Source: Marsupella aquatica
Taxonomy: Eukaryota; Plantae; Marchantiophyta
Assembly: GCA_973895155.1 (NCBI GenBank)
Contig: OZ316894.1
Span: 13,370,828 to 13,434,827 of the forward strand
DNA length: 64,000 nt
Direction of reading: 5' to 3'
Part shown: positions 25,720 to 36,565 of the stretch, one piece after another
Position numbering within the stretch: the first letter of the stretch is position 1
Layout of the letters: each line of letters starts with the position of its first letter
Position numbers and translations under genes: made by a program
Notes under the pieces: generated by a model
Seen by the model: the letters and a program-made list of their open reading frames with translations, nothing else
Databases searched by the model: none
What the model was told of the DNA's origin: nothing

Positions 25720-27112
25720 TCTAACTCCCCAAAGATAACCGACTACATAACATAATGATACATGGTAAAATGAAGCTAGATTGTATGGTTGAGGGTTTCT
25801 TCTTAATCCAAGTCTCAAACGGAAAGAGCCGTCGAGCGGTTATAGGATCTGTTGGGTACGGATTTTCTTACCGTTCAAGAAACGACAAAACCATCAATTT
25901 GGCGGATAGTTATTGTTGAATTAATTGTTTTGAGGTTGTAACCGACGGGGTAATATAGTAGCGCCAGGCGCTAGCGTTTTCCACATCTCAAAGAGCCCAA
26001 AAATAAACAACAAAAGCAAAGATCAACGGCCATTTTGGTTACTGACACAGGTTAACATCCTACGATAGCTACTCATTATGACAACATTTAAGCTGAAATG
26101 TATCGGGTTTCCTTGGAAATAGCGTCTTATTTATGGCAGACGACAATATTACCCTCTTCTAATATTAAAATTGATCCATTTGAGCTCGCGTAGAAGTTAT
26201 CATAATACTAGCGCCAGGCGCTATCATAAAATTGATAAAAATATCAAGATCTAATGGTCATTATTTATTGAAACTCGCAGATTTTGGGTCCAAACATCTA
26301 AGCCATTTTGAAGTGTCTTGTTACTAGCGTCGGGCGCTATTATTGAAATCTACACATTTAAGCCCTATTTGAGACTCAAAGAAAAATAGCGCCTGGCACT
26401 TTCATAAAATTGATAGAAATAAAAGTTGTTTATTACAAAAAAAATCTCGCTTCAGTCCAATCATTCGCATGATTTTTTAGTACAATGTTACTAGCGTCAG
26501 GCGCTATTATTAAAATCCTTCATTTCAAGATATATTTTAGTCTAGCATTATAATAGCGCCAGGCGCTAATATTAGATCGAAGTAGAATATTGACATAAAC
26601 GGTCTTTTTAAACGGTAACTTTGACCGTTTATCGTTACAATTTAGAATGAATTCCTGGATAAATATATTCACGAGTACCTATAAACGAGTTAAAATGTGA
26701 CAAGTGTCAACCTTTAGTAGGTCTGCTTTTGGATGCTCGTGCTTTTCGATGTGTACTTGTCATACATGTCGGTCTGCCACAGGGTATATCAGAGAAGATC
26801 TTTTTGCGATAGTGTCTTCCTTGATCGTTAGAACGACCTCTGCGCCCATTTAGGGTCATCATCAATCATTCAATTCGTCCATATTAGTACAGCACCACAA
26901 GAAACGTTGCATCACGCGAGAAGCACGTTGCAGTGCGGGTTCCCCGTGTGTGTGCATCTTAAACAAACATGGAGAATCATTCTCCTGGCCATTCTGAAAC
27001 ATCCGAGTCCTCATTCTCCGGATCAGTTTATACTCGGAGAGTCACTCGTTCGTCTGCATCAAACTCTTTGTGAAACATTAGTCAGGCGATTCCAAAGTCA
27101 AAACGAGGCATC

Positions 27113-30100
27113 ATGGAGTCTTACGGAGATTTTGCGATGGAGGACGGGGGCGAGGGAGTTCTGTCCATGGATGCTGTGATCAAGAAATATGCAATGTTGT
27201 TTGGAGTTGATTTCAGAGGGGAGAAGAAAGAGCCGCCGCATATCCCTCTTTGTCGGCTTGTTCACATGGAAATCGTTCGGACTCTACAGAAAAATAGTGC
27301 ATCTATCGATAAGCTCAAGGATTTGTTTCGGAGCTTTGGGTACAACTCTTCAATTGGGATGCGGTTTTACGTTCAGCCCACGGATTCAGAAGGAGTCGTT
27401 CAATTCTGCACGCCTGAAATTTGGGAGACCTGGGATGCTGTTTGGGTTGCCCATAATGACTTGTTTGAAGCAAAATGTGCTACTGATCCAGATTTCCACA
27501 TTCTGAAGGATAAGATGTTCTGTGTTCTATGTTCTATGTCTGGGAATCATTGACTCTACTCGTGGACCCAAGTAACAAATGAGAATCCAAACAATATCAA
27601 GTACCATCTACGTGTTCAATGCACTGTTTTTAAGGGAGATCGAGGTTCTCTAGTTGAGCTTGAAGTGGCTATGCACACGGTGAACCAGTAAGTATTCCTC
27701 AAGTTGCATAAACGCTATTGAATTTGGTCGATTGCGCTTGATTTTTGCAAGGTTAGTTAGCGCCAGGCGCTAATATTTGCCATTATATCTTACAGGTTAG
27801 GGCAAGCTGTGGTGGAACCATTGTGGATTCTCGATGCCGATAGAATCAATCGGATTTTAACTCATGACTTGGAGGCCTACAAGCCGATCATCGACCCCGG
27901 CAGCTTCAAGCGATTCCAAACTGTTCGTGCCAAGACAAGAAAGGGGTCTTGGTATACCAAGCAGATGCCATTGGAAGCATTGGTTTACATCTTGTGTGAA
28001 AACAAGATTAAGTCGTATTCACTTCAATTTAAGCTTGACTTGGCTGCTGCAACAAGTGAAGGTCGCCCGTGGTCATCTGAAGAGACTGGTAAGCGGTATG
28101 CTACCATGATGAAGGAGGCAACGAAGGAGTAGAGCACAAAGACATCCAAGATTACCCCCCTTATAAGCCCAGAGTTTGGTGATTTTCTGTCAACTTGTGC
28201 AGAAATGTACATTCTTACGGAGAGGAACAAACGAGAAAAGAAGCCGGACTCTGTAGTTTGTACAATGGACCGCGCGCGTCTGTTCACTACTGTCTCCTAC
28301 TTGGATCCACAACTGCACTGTACTCTTCTTGTCGCTCACTGTACACCCAAGCTCAAAAAACAATTTTACCATCCCCCAAGTGTGAATGATGACCCTATTA
28401 AACAGTGGTGTCATACATGGCACATGTGGAGTTTGGTGGAAGGAATTGCAATTGCAATGTTATAGACATCTCTTTTGCAAGTCCAGTCGATCCTACCTGC
28501 TGATTGTCTAACGCTAGGAGGAGTGGAGACGTTTGAAGCTTTGGTCTTGAACATCACCAATGATTTCAAGACATACGGTGAAACAGTGAAGGCAAAGTTT
28601 TTTAGCACAATTTGGCAGTCCAAGTACGGAGACAAGGAAGACTATACAATTCGCAACCAGAAGCGAGCCAAGAGATATCTGTATCGCTTCTACATGGTGA
28701 TGGAGACCAGTTCTCCAGATTATTTTTGGGCTTACCCTCCTGCATTCCAGAAATGGTCCGTTCTAGAGGGGGATGCTTTTAGCGAAGTTTATTCAATGTA
28801 CCCTGCCAAAGGGGATGTTCCACCACGTGACATTTCATTGTGGGAGATAACCCACTGTCCATGGTATCTTGACACAGATTAGTGGGACACCCCTTTCGAT
28901 GAAGCTGAAAAGGATGCATTTCTGAAATTATCAAAGTCTTTAGTGCCTCAGAAAGTTCTCTCTGAAATGAAACAAGGTTTATCGGAAGATGTAGATGCCT
29001 CGGCAAGCGAGCTGTAGAAACATTGCGAAACAGAAGTTTTGCATGTAGACAGGAGTCAAAAACCCCGGGCGAAAGCAAAAGTAGACACTGGAGTAACCAG
29101 CCCATCAACGAGATCCGGGAAGAAACGTGAGATTCTTCTATTTTCCATTGGCACTATGTATTCTCTCTCCACCAGCTTGATTATGTCAGTGACTTTTGAT
29201 GAGCGCTGCAGATCAAGTTGTCTATTTATCAGTTAGCGCCCGACGCTGGTGTCCCTGATGAACAGACTCCTCCCAACACGGAGAAGATGGTGCGACCAGC
29301 AGATGCCACCAGCACGAAGAAAAAGAAAAAGAAATATTTGGATCATGGATTTTCCTCTCGGGATTCTATCGCTTCTACTGGTGTTCAACGAGATGTTGGA
29401 CAGTTCAAGTCTAAGACTTCTAGGCATGTTTTTGTTGAGTCCAGCGTAATGGACTTCTTTGAGAATGGTGTCAAATGTGGAGAAGTGGGTGAAAGACCTA
29501 GTCTTGCTTGGTCTAAGGGAGAAAGGAGTCATAAGAGGAGGAAAGATAAGATCATTTGGAGTTGATGTTGGATTCATTTACCTCCCAACTGGACTGCGCC
29601 CTTCCCTTTTAGAGAAGAAGTCTCCAAAATAGAATTCCCCAGATCACAAAATTGTTGGTTCATTCTTTCGCGCAATGGATCCCTTTCTAGCAGATGATGG
29701 TATATTGGCCATTTGGCATACCGGCGAGTATGATCAGATCTTGCAGGTCATCACCGCGAGCCAGGAGTTCAAAAGTTTCAGTGTGTGAAAACCCTGAACG
29801 TGGTTATGGGAGTTCCAATGTACATGGCCCGAAGTGATTGTCAGGTAAATTCTCTCACTCTTTGTGTTGTCCTTTGTTAGCGCCGAGCGCTAGCTAAAAA
29901 TGTTTTCATATACCCTTCGGTTAAGGGGATATTCTTTGTTAGCGCCTGGCGCTATCCAAAATTCATTGTTATGCCGCGATTGTAATGATTTTCTGGTTGG
30001 ATTGTCGGCATCTTAACAAAGGATTTTGTTGGGATTTCACAGGTTTTCACATTGAGATTGGATCTGTTCACTCGTGTTTCGTCAAAGGTTAAGGTTCCAA

Positions 30101-30621
30101 AGGACCCCAAGTTTTGACCCCTCTCTACAACTGAAGATCCTTCTATCACTAACCTTATTGGTCTCCCGAGTGTGAGGAAGGATCCAACTCCTTCAGCAGC
30201 GTTTGCTGGCAATGGACGCTTGTCCGTTGGGTTCATGCAATCTGTGTTAGAGTTAATCACTCGGCCAGATGATATTGTCATGGACTGGACTGTGGGTTCG
30301 GGAAGTACATTTGTTGCTGGTGACTATTGTGGTCATTTTATTCTTGGTATAGAAAACCGAAAAGAGTTTGTTGAGATTGCGGAAAAGACATGGATGGAGT
30401 TATTGATTCCAAAAGATGTCAGTTCCTCATCTCCCGCTAAAGATGTGGGAAGAAAACAAAAAGATAAAGTTTGCTCTGTCTTAAATTTTGACTCTGAAGA
30501 TGAAGAGGAGGGAGATGATGTTGGAGATGATGCTTCAAGAGGACAAGGAGAGGAAAATGAAGGAAACGAGAAGGAGAGGCATACGATGGAAGAAACAGAA
30601 GATTCAGATTCTTCTGAGTAA
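27113..30621 (+). pseudogene. Spliced, decayed gene: N-terminal ParB/Srx-like domain plus C-terminal beta-class N6A/N4C DNA methyltransferase-like domain
   Basis: N-terminus: HIPLCRL...IDKLKDLFRSFGY...KMF...SGNH(R>stop)LYSW. Introns at 27688-27795 and 29845-30042. Motif-IV region VDVGFIYLPTG (29561-29593) is followed by FFRAMDPFLADDGILAIW, and motif I/II region GRLSVGFMQSVLELITRPDDIVMDWTVGSGSTFVAG...ILGIE lies at 30214-30354. Motif IV precedes motif I, the beta-class order. Acidic tail follows. Confidence 0.62.
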
Positions 30622-31338
30622 TGCCCGTAAGCTACTTCACTTTACATTATGATTCTGGAACTGTCCCATTTTCATTTTCAATTCTAATGTGGTTCCGTTC
30701 CTCTTCCAGATCGGAGTGGAATCTTCAAGAACGTTTTGATCTTCGGAGGAAATACTCGAAAAAAGTTCTCGTTTCTCCTCAAAAGCCTTTCGTGTTGCCC
30801 TCGTATGCAGAATATGCTACACGCAAAGAAGAACAGAGGAGAACACTTACTTGGGAGAGTAAGGGCTTAAGGTTAAGGAGAGGTTCAGATAGGAAATTCA
30901 TCCATCAGCCTTTACTCAACGATGGACCTAAAGCGAATTTATAGATGATGAAGCTGAGTCTACCGATAGGTCTAGCAGTAGCAAGTCCGAGTCTTCTGAC
31001 TTGGAGTAGGTTGAGTGTGAATTTCTAAGGTTTTCTTTGGAACCTTGTACTAGCGCCCGACGCTATTAAACTGGATGTTTGGATCTGAGCCTTTAAAAGA
31101 GATAGACGCACCCGAAGTCTCTTTCCTGAGTGCATATTTGTGCAGATATCAGAAATGCATGTACTCGTATAGTTGTACGGTGAATAATTATACCTTCTGT
31201 ATGTACGTATTTTTGTTTGTGGTTGATATGATTGTTTGGACTCTCTCAAAGTGTAGTGTTTGTTCAACTTCAGGTTTGTTCAACTTTGTGTTTGTTCAAC
31301 CCCAAACGCATTTCTCCCTTTCATTTATGTGAGGCGCC

Positions 31339-31440
31339 GACTCACCTCTTCCCTTCGTTTCGTTTGTGCATTGCCCAGACTCACCTCATCCCTTTGTTTC
31401 ATTTCTGGTCTGCCCGAACTCACCTCTTCTCTTCTCCTTG
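31339..31440. repeat. Three ~39-bp-spaced copies of actcacctc(a/t)tc.ctt just upstream of an ORF
   Basis: gactcacctcttccctt, gactcacctcatccctt, aactcacctcttctctt. Confidence 0.7.
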
Positions 31441-31470
31441 AGTTTGGCATCCGTTGTTTCCATCGACTCC

Positions 31471-31917
31471 ATGGATAAGGGGAAGCAAATAGTGAAATTG
31501 GAGAGCCGCAATCCGCCAACGGCAATGGTTTGGAGGTCGATTAGAGATCCGGGTTTAGATTTGACTCCGTCTTTTACGCAATGCCCAGAGACGTCGACCG
31601 AGAGGAACAGGTTGTGGCTGGCCCCGGATGAGGGTATTAGCCACAAAACTGGACACCTTCCATCGCGTGATCCTTTGCCTCCACTTCCTTTCTGAGAGAG
31701 GTTCTCTGTTCACGACCCAGATCCTTCCAATGTGTATCGGGTGGAAAGGACAGCTTTTTTCAGAGACATCCAAGCAGACACCGGACGTGTGAGCTTTTCA
31801 GATTCGAACATCCCGAACGACCGGAGTCGGAGTCGCTATCCCGGACCTCTTTTTTTCTGGATCGAGAGGATGGGTTTCGACAGGATGAGGATAGGTCAAA
31901 GCTGGATTGGACGATGA
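31471..31917 (+). pseudogene. Small unknown ORF (MDKGKQIV...) inside the MULE-like element, with one internal TGA
   Basis: ATG at 31471. The frame continues past TGA 31693-31695 into the 31732-31917 ORF. Flanked by palindrome copies at 31051 and 31965. Confidence 0.35.
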
Positions 31918-33560
31918 CTGCATGTCTTCTACGTCCTAGAGAATGTGGATTCCTTCCTCGACACTAGCGCCTGGCGCTAGCTTTCATCTCATCGTTGGAG
32001 TCGTTCATGAGTTTGATTCATGTCATCTTTTTGAACGGGGGCTCCGGTTCGGCCGAGTTAGCTTTATTGCTCCTTCTATTTTATTATTGCATTAGGTTTT
32101 TTGAGTATGTTATTAGGGTTATTTCTTTTTCTCGAAGGTTATGGACTTTTATTACCTTCTGGATATCAATGTAATTTTTTTTTCAAGTAGTGTGTGTCGC
32201 TAGCGCCTGGCGCTACTAATATATGTTCTATTCTCCTCCACAATTATGTAAACCCGCCTCTGTAAAATTGTGTCTTTCAACTCTCTTTTTTCTAGTGTCG
32301 TCCAAATATGCTGCAAATACTATTAGTGGTTATTTTATTGTTGAAATTGGTTGTTTCTTGTTACTGGAATCTGGTTCCTGTCAGTTGGAAACCCTCTGAC
32401 AAAACAATCTTTAAGCTTGATCCGATGGATTTGGTCTTACCGAGCCAGCCAATTTTGAATGTCGGAGAACTCCAGTTCATCATAGGAAGGGAGAATCTGC
32501 ATGGTTTATAGGAATTTGGATCATTCGACGATACATTGAACGGACATTTTGTTAATGTTGTTTTGAACGGCAACAAACTCTTGGTTAGCGCTCGACGCTA
32601 GTAAAACTTGTCTTTCCATAATTGCTGTATAGAACTCTAAACATATTGGAGTTCCTATTGAAATTGGTCTCCTTTTTTGTCCGTAATTATGTCATCTTTT
32701 GTGTATGCTAGTACCAAATCTCCTGTTTTGTTCCTCTCTTTGTCCTGTTATGATTGTTACTATTTTTTGTTTCCTGTCACGGGGAAAAACCTCATCAGGT
32801 TGAAAGAGGAAGAATGGATGGCCAATTGAGCATTGTGAAGATACTAAACATTTGAAGCCCCTTTTGGAGTTCCTTATTCCAAACCTGCTCCACAAAGACC
32901 TACTAGAGTGACACTAGCGCTTGCCACTACCATTATAGTTTCATTGAAATGAAAGAGGAAGATCAATCCCAGAGCTTATAACACATTACCATTACCATTA
33001 CATTACCAATTTGGCAAAGATCCTAGGAGACATAGTTATGACGTTAGTTGAGAGGCTTGTACTAGGGCAAAATCCTATGTACATTGCTCCTTACGTAGCA
33101 CATTTGTATTGGAGTGAGGACTGACTCACTGCCATGAAGCAACAGGCTTTCCGGGGAGCATTTCCTTGGATTGCAATTCATTCTCCCAAGAGGAAAGTTG
33201 GGATTGAGGCCCACCTGACTGAATCACCATCTGCTGCTGAAAAGAGGTATTTGAGTTGTGACCATTCATCAACACACAAAAGGAGTTATCTGTCAATGTT
33301 AACTGTTGAACCTCCTGCAGGGATTTTGGATAATGCGCTCATTGATTGTGTAATGTCCATTTTAACTTTTGAGAGAAATGATATTTTGAGTGAGTTGGAT
33401 TGCTTGAAGTTGTGTTTCAACTTATTATGTGAGTGTGACATACATAACAAAGCATGCATCCCCTACGGCTGGTCAGTTGGCATACAAGGAGGCAAAGGAA
33501 AGTCGGTCAATTCTCAGTCCTATTAATAATTGTAGACCTACCAGTGTGAGCGTCACAGGT

Positions 33561-33909
33561 GTGAATCCTACTGATTTGGGTGAGTTGGAGCCTGTTGTAG
33601 ATGCGGATCCTGTGTCATCCCCACACATTGTGTAGTTGCATGAGCAACAAGGTTCTTTGGAGTTGGACACATGTGTCGAACAGGACACACCTATTGAATT
33701 GGATCTTATGGGACTGTTGTTACGCTTGACCCTATGCTTTGCTATGAATACCACAATTCCATGTAGTTCACCAATTGCCAGTCTCCAAAACTTTATAGTC
33801 CTTGTGGTGTTAGCCATACAAGAGTAGTCATACAAGACGTGAATCCTACTCATTTGGATGAGTTTGAGCCTGTTGTAGATGTAGATATCGTGTTCTCCCC
33901 ACACATTGT
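33561..33909. repeat. Imperfect 71-bp direct repeat (33561-33631, 33839-33909)
   Basis: gtgaatcctact.atttgg.tgagtt.gagcctgttgtagatg...ccccacacattgt. Confidence 0.85.
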
Positions 33910-33924
33910 ATGGCCAAATGAAAA

Positions 33925-34410
33925 AGTTTTTTTTTCAAAATTTTGGTTTTTTTTGTTTTTTTCCCCACTTTTTTTTGGTCCGTACGCCCCATCTCGGCGA
34001 GGCCAGCTGAGATAGGGAAAAAAATTTCAAATTTTTTTTTCGGGAAATTTTTTGGTCTTTTTTTTGTGGATTTTTTTTTGGTCCGTACGCCCATCTCGGC
34101 AAGGTCAGCCGAGATTGAATCAACCTCGGCTGCCCAGCTGAGATGAGCGGAAGTTCGAAGGCCCCATCTCAACTCCTCAGCTGAGATTCTAAAATTTTTG
34201 AGATAACTGATATCAGTTATCAACCACTGATAACTGATGATGTTATGTATCCCATGCAAATTGGATGGCTTGCTGATCTCCCTTAGATTGACCTCCATCC
34301 AATGGCACTGAATCTCCATCGAGGTTGAATTGAGATGTAAATGAGGGGAGGGGGCTCCACAATTATAGTGGGTAATTTTGAGATAGGGAATAGTGTTTAG
34401 GAAAACAGCC
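33925..34410. repeat. TIR/subterminal-like region of a DNA transposon: T-tracts, repeated ggtccgtacgccc(c)atctcggc and cagctgagat, and a 20-bp palindrome
   Basis: Two copies of ttttttggtccgtacgccc(c)atctcggc; perfect palindrome gataactgatatcagttatc at 34202-34221. Confidence 0.5.
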
Positions 34411-35422
34411 GCTGACATTTGTTGAAGGGCACTTTGTTCTAAACCTGTTACAAAGAAAGGTGCAGACTAATTTGTGTACTTTGACCATGATCTGTTGTTG
34501 GCACTATTTTCTGGAGTTACTCATATTGCGATAGCCTGGATCAAACTTCCTCCTTTGTCACAGAACATACCGAGTCCATGAAATGGATGAATCCCCCACA
34601 CCATGATTACAAATAACTTCATTGTACGTCATGGTGCAATTAGCCAAAAATACAAATGACAAACTGTTGACATAATGCTACATACCATGATTACACTAAA
34701 CATCTGACAAACAAAACCAGAATACTGGCACACTTTTCACGGAAGCACACAGGGTTTTGAACTGAATGAATATGGCCTTTTTTGTTTGTTTGATTGATTT
34801 GAAGTACGGAGACGCATTATTAGTATGAATGCGGTTTTTTGTGTTGTATTTCAAAGTACCTGGACATATAAACAATGGTCTTGTAACAATAATGCAATGC
34901 TTTTGGCCTCAAAGTTATCCGGGTCTGGTTTTCATTGCGCTACATAAGAATGAAGATTGAAAACATGAAGATTATTGTAGTACGTATGAATAGGCAAGTT
35001 CACATAGCTCTCAATCCAAATTGAGGGTGTGCTTATGAAGTAGATGGTTAATGTATGGCATTTTTTCACGGTCCTTATGGCATACTTTGTGTCAAACACC
35101 TAGTCCCACTTGTGGCCTTCTTTCATTTCTGGCCAACCAATGCCCCAGTCCGTTTGGTTTTTCCTTGGCAAAGAGAAGCAATATCAATAGCTTGCACTAT
35201 GCTTTTTAGAAAAGCTTCAGCCCTATGCTCCCATTGCATGGAACGGCGGTTCTCGCTAGCACTGACCACAACCTTATCATTTGAGGAATCTTTGGCAGCA
35301 ACTTTGAATGTAGTTGCCTAGGCGCTGGTTTCAATTTTGGGTTGTCCAAAACAAATTTGGTCACTTCTTGCACTTCAGACTCGAGGACACGAGCTGTAAA
35401 ATTATTATCATCATTAGAGAGA

Positions 35423-35681
35423 TGTCACACCATTATGAGTGTTATTAGAGTATATTGTGTCATATGAGTTTATGGTTTTCATATGTGTATCATATAAGCC
35501 AATAGGGTTCAATTTACGTTTGGAGGGATAGTTATCCCTTGTGATGGCTCAAAGGCCTCATCTTTTGATGTTGAGCCTTTGAGCACAAGCTCTGGTGGCT
35601 ATGGTGTGGCCGACTGGTTATGTGTATGGAGGGGAGGTCATCCATCAATTATCAGTCACTAATATCAGTGCCCCCCCCCCC
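35423..35681 (-). mobile_element. Probable 3' LTR (35667-35423) with polypurine tract, from a decayed LTR element
   Basis: On the minus strand a G-run plus CAC (PPT-like) is followed by TGATATT...GGTGTGACA. Short repeats at 35690-36000 may be 3' UTR. Confidence 0.4.
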
Positions 35682-36254
35682 TTTTTGGCAATCTCAGAGA
35701 CCTCTCTAAGATCTCAACATTTGATTATGGTGATCTCAGAGAGACTCTCTAAGATCTTGACATTTGTTTTTGGCAATTGCAACACCCTTTGAGGACTACT
35801 TGGAGAGCTCTCCAAGAACACAATGCACTTCTGGCACAATTTAAGAGAGCCTCTTTGACTTATAGCCCCATTGACAATTGAGCACCTTAGAGACATGGAG
35901 TCACTTTGTTGACCATCTTGGAGAGGCACTCCAAGATATCGAGTCACTTTGCTGACCATCTTGAATAGCCCCTCCAAGTTTTCATTCCATTTTTGAGACC
36001 ATCTCCGAGATACAGGTACCCAAATTTGCATATTCACAAAGAATTACAACACTAAAGACATCACATTGAATTTTCATATATATATATATTACATTGTGTA
36101 CATAACAGCACTTACTTTTACATTGTTAGCTTTTCTAAAGCTAACTCCTATCAGTCACCCCTTTACTCTATTATCTGATATGTGAACAGGTTATAAATAA
36201 CCTTATTTTGCAAATCCTATCTGGCTGCCATCAAAATCTATAAGAGCACCTTGC

Positions 36255-36565
36255 TTATGCGCTCTGCATAGTTAAGGATACCCGACAATTTACCTTATCT
36301 ACTTGTGCTGGAAGGTCTAACACTAAAGTTCTAGGCGAGTCGAATGCTCTTAGTGAGGGCAATCCGCTTTGACCTGCTTCATCTTTGATGTACCTTGCTA
36401 GAGTATACAAGATATATTCATTTTGAGTGGTCCATAATGCTCCAACCTTCTTCTCAAGCGGATCTAGGAACAACAACTCTTTTCCATCATGTAAATGGAC
36501 CACTGCCAACACCCAATGCTCCCTGTTTGCCCGGTGAATAGGGACTGATATCTTCCTTGGAAATG
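36255..36565 (-). pseudogene. Ulp1/C48 SUMO-protease-like fragment (TE-associated), truncated by LINE-A
   Basis: VPIHRANREHWVLAVVHL...FLDPL...PAQVDKVNC gives the H, D, Q, C catalytic pattern. The ORF's first ~15 aa come from the LINE-A 3' UTR/A-tail. Confidence 0.8.

Larger units (their letters stand above)
21731..32600. repeat. Dispersed 15-bp palindrome TAGCGCCNGGCGCTA, at least 18 copies
   Basis: Perfect copies start at 21731, 21902, 23658, 25959, 26209, 26554, 27758, 29940, 31965 and 32201. Copies with 1-2 mismatches start at 23596, 26325, 26387, 26492, 29234, 29878, 31051 and 32586. Not seen elsewhere in the window. Confidence 0.95.
21280..32930. mobile_element. Mutator-like (MULE) DNA transposon core with transposase, accessory genes and long diverged inverted end segments; outer boundaries and TSD not resolved
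   Basis: DDE/SWIM transposase on the minus strand. Inverted similarity between 21350-22100 and 32380-32790. An element-restricted palindromic motif occurs throughout. Confidence 0.65.

Noticed and set aside
21731-32600. Palindromic repeats as a CRISPR array or bacterial REP elements
   Set aside because: Spacing is irregular (60 bp to 2.3 kb), there are no cas genes, and the context is eukaryotic with spliceosomal introns.
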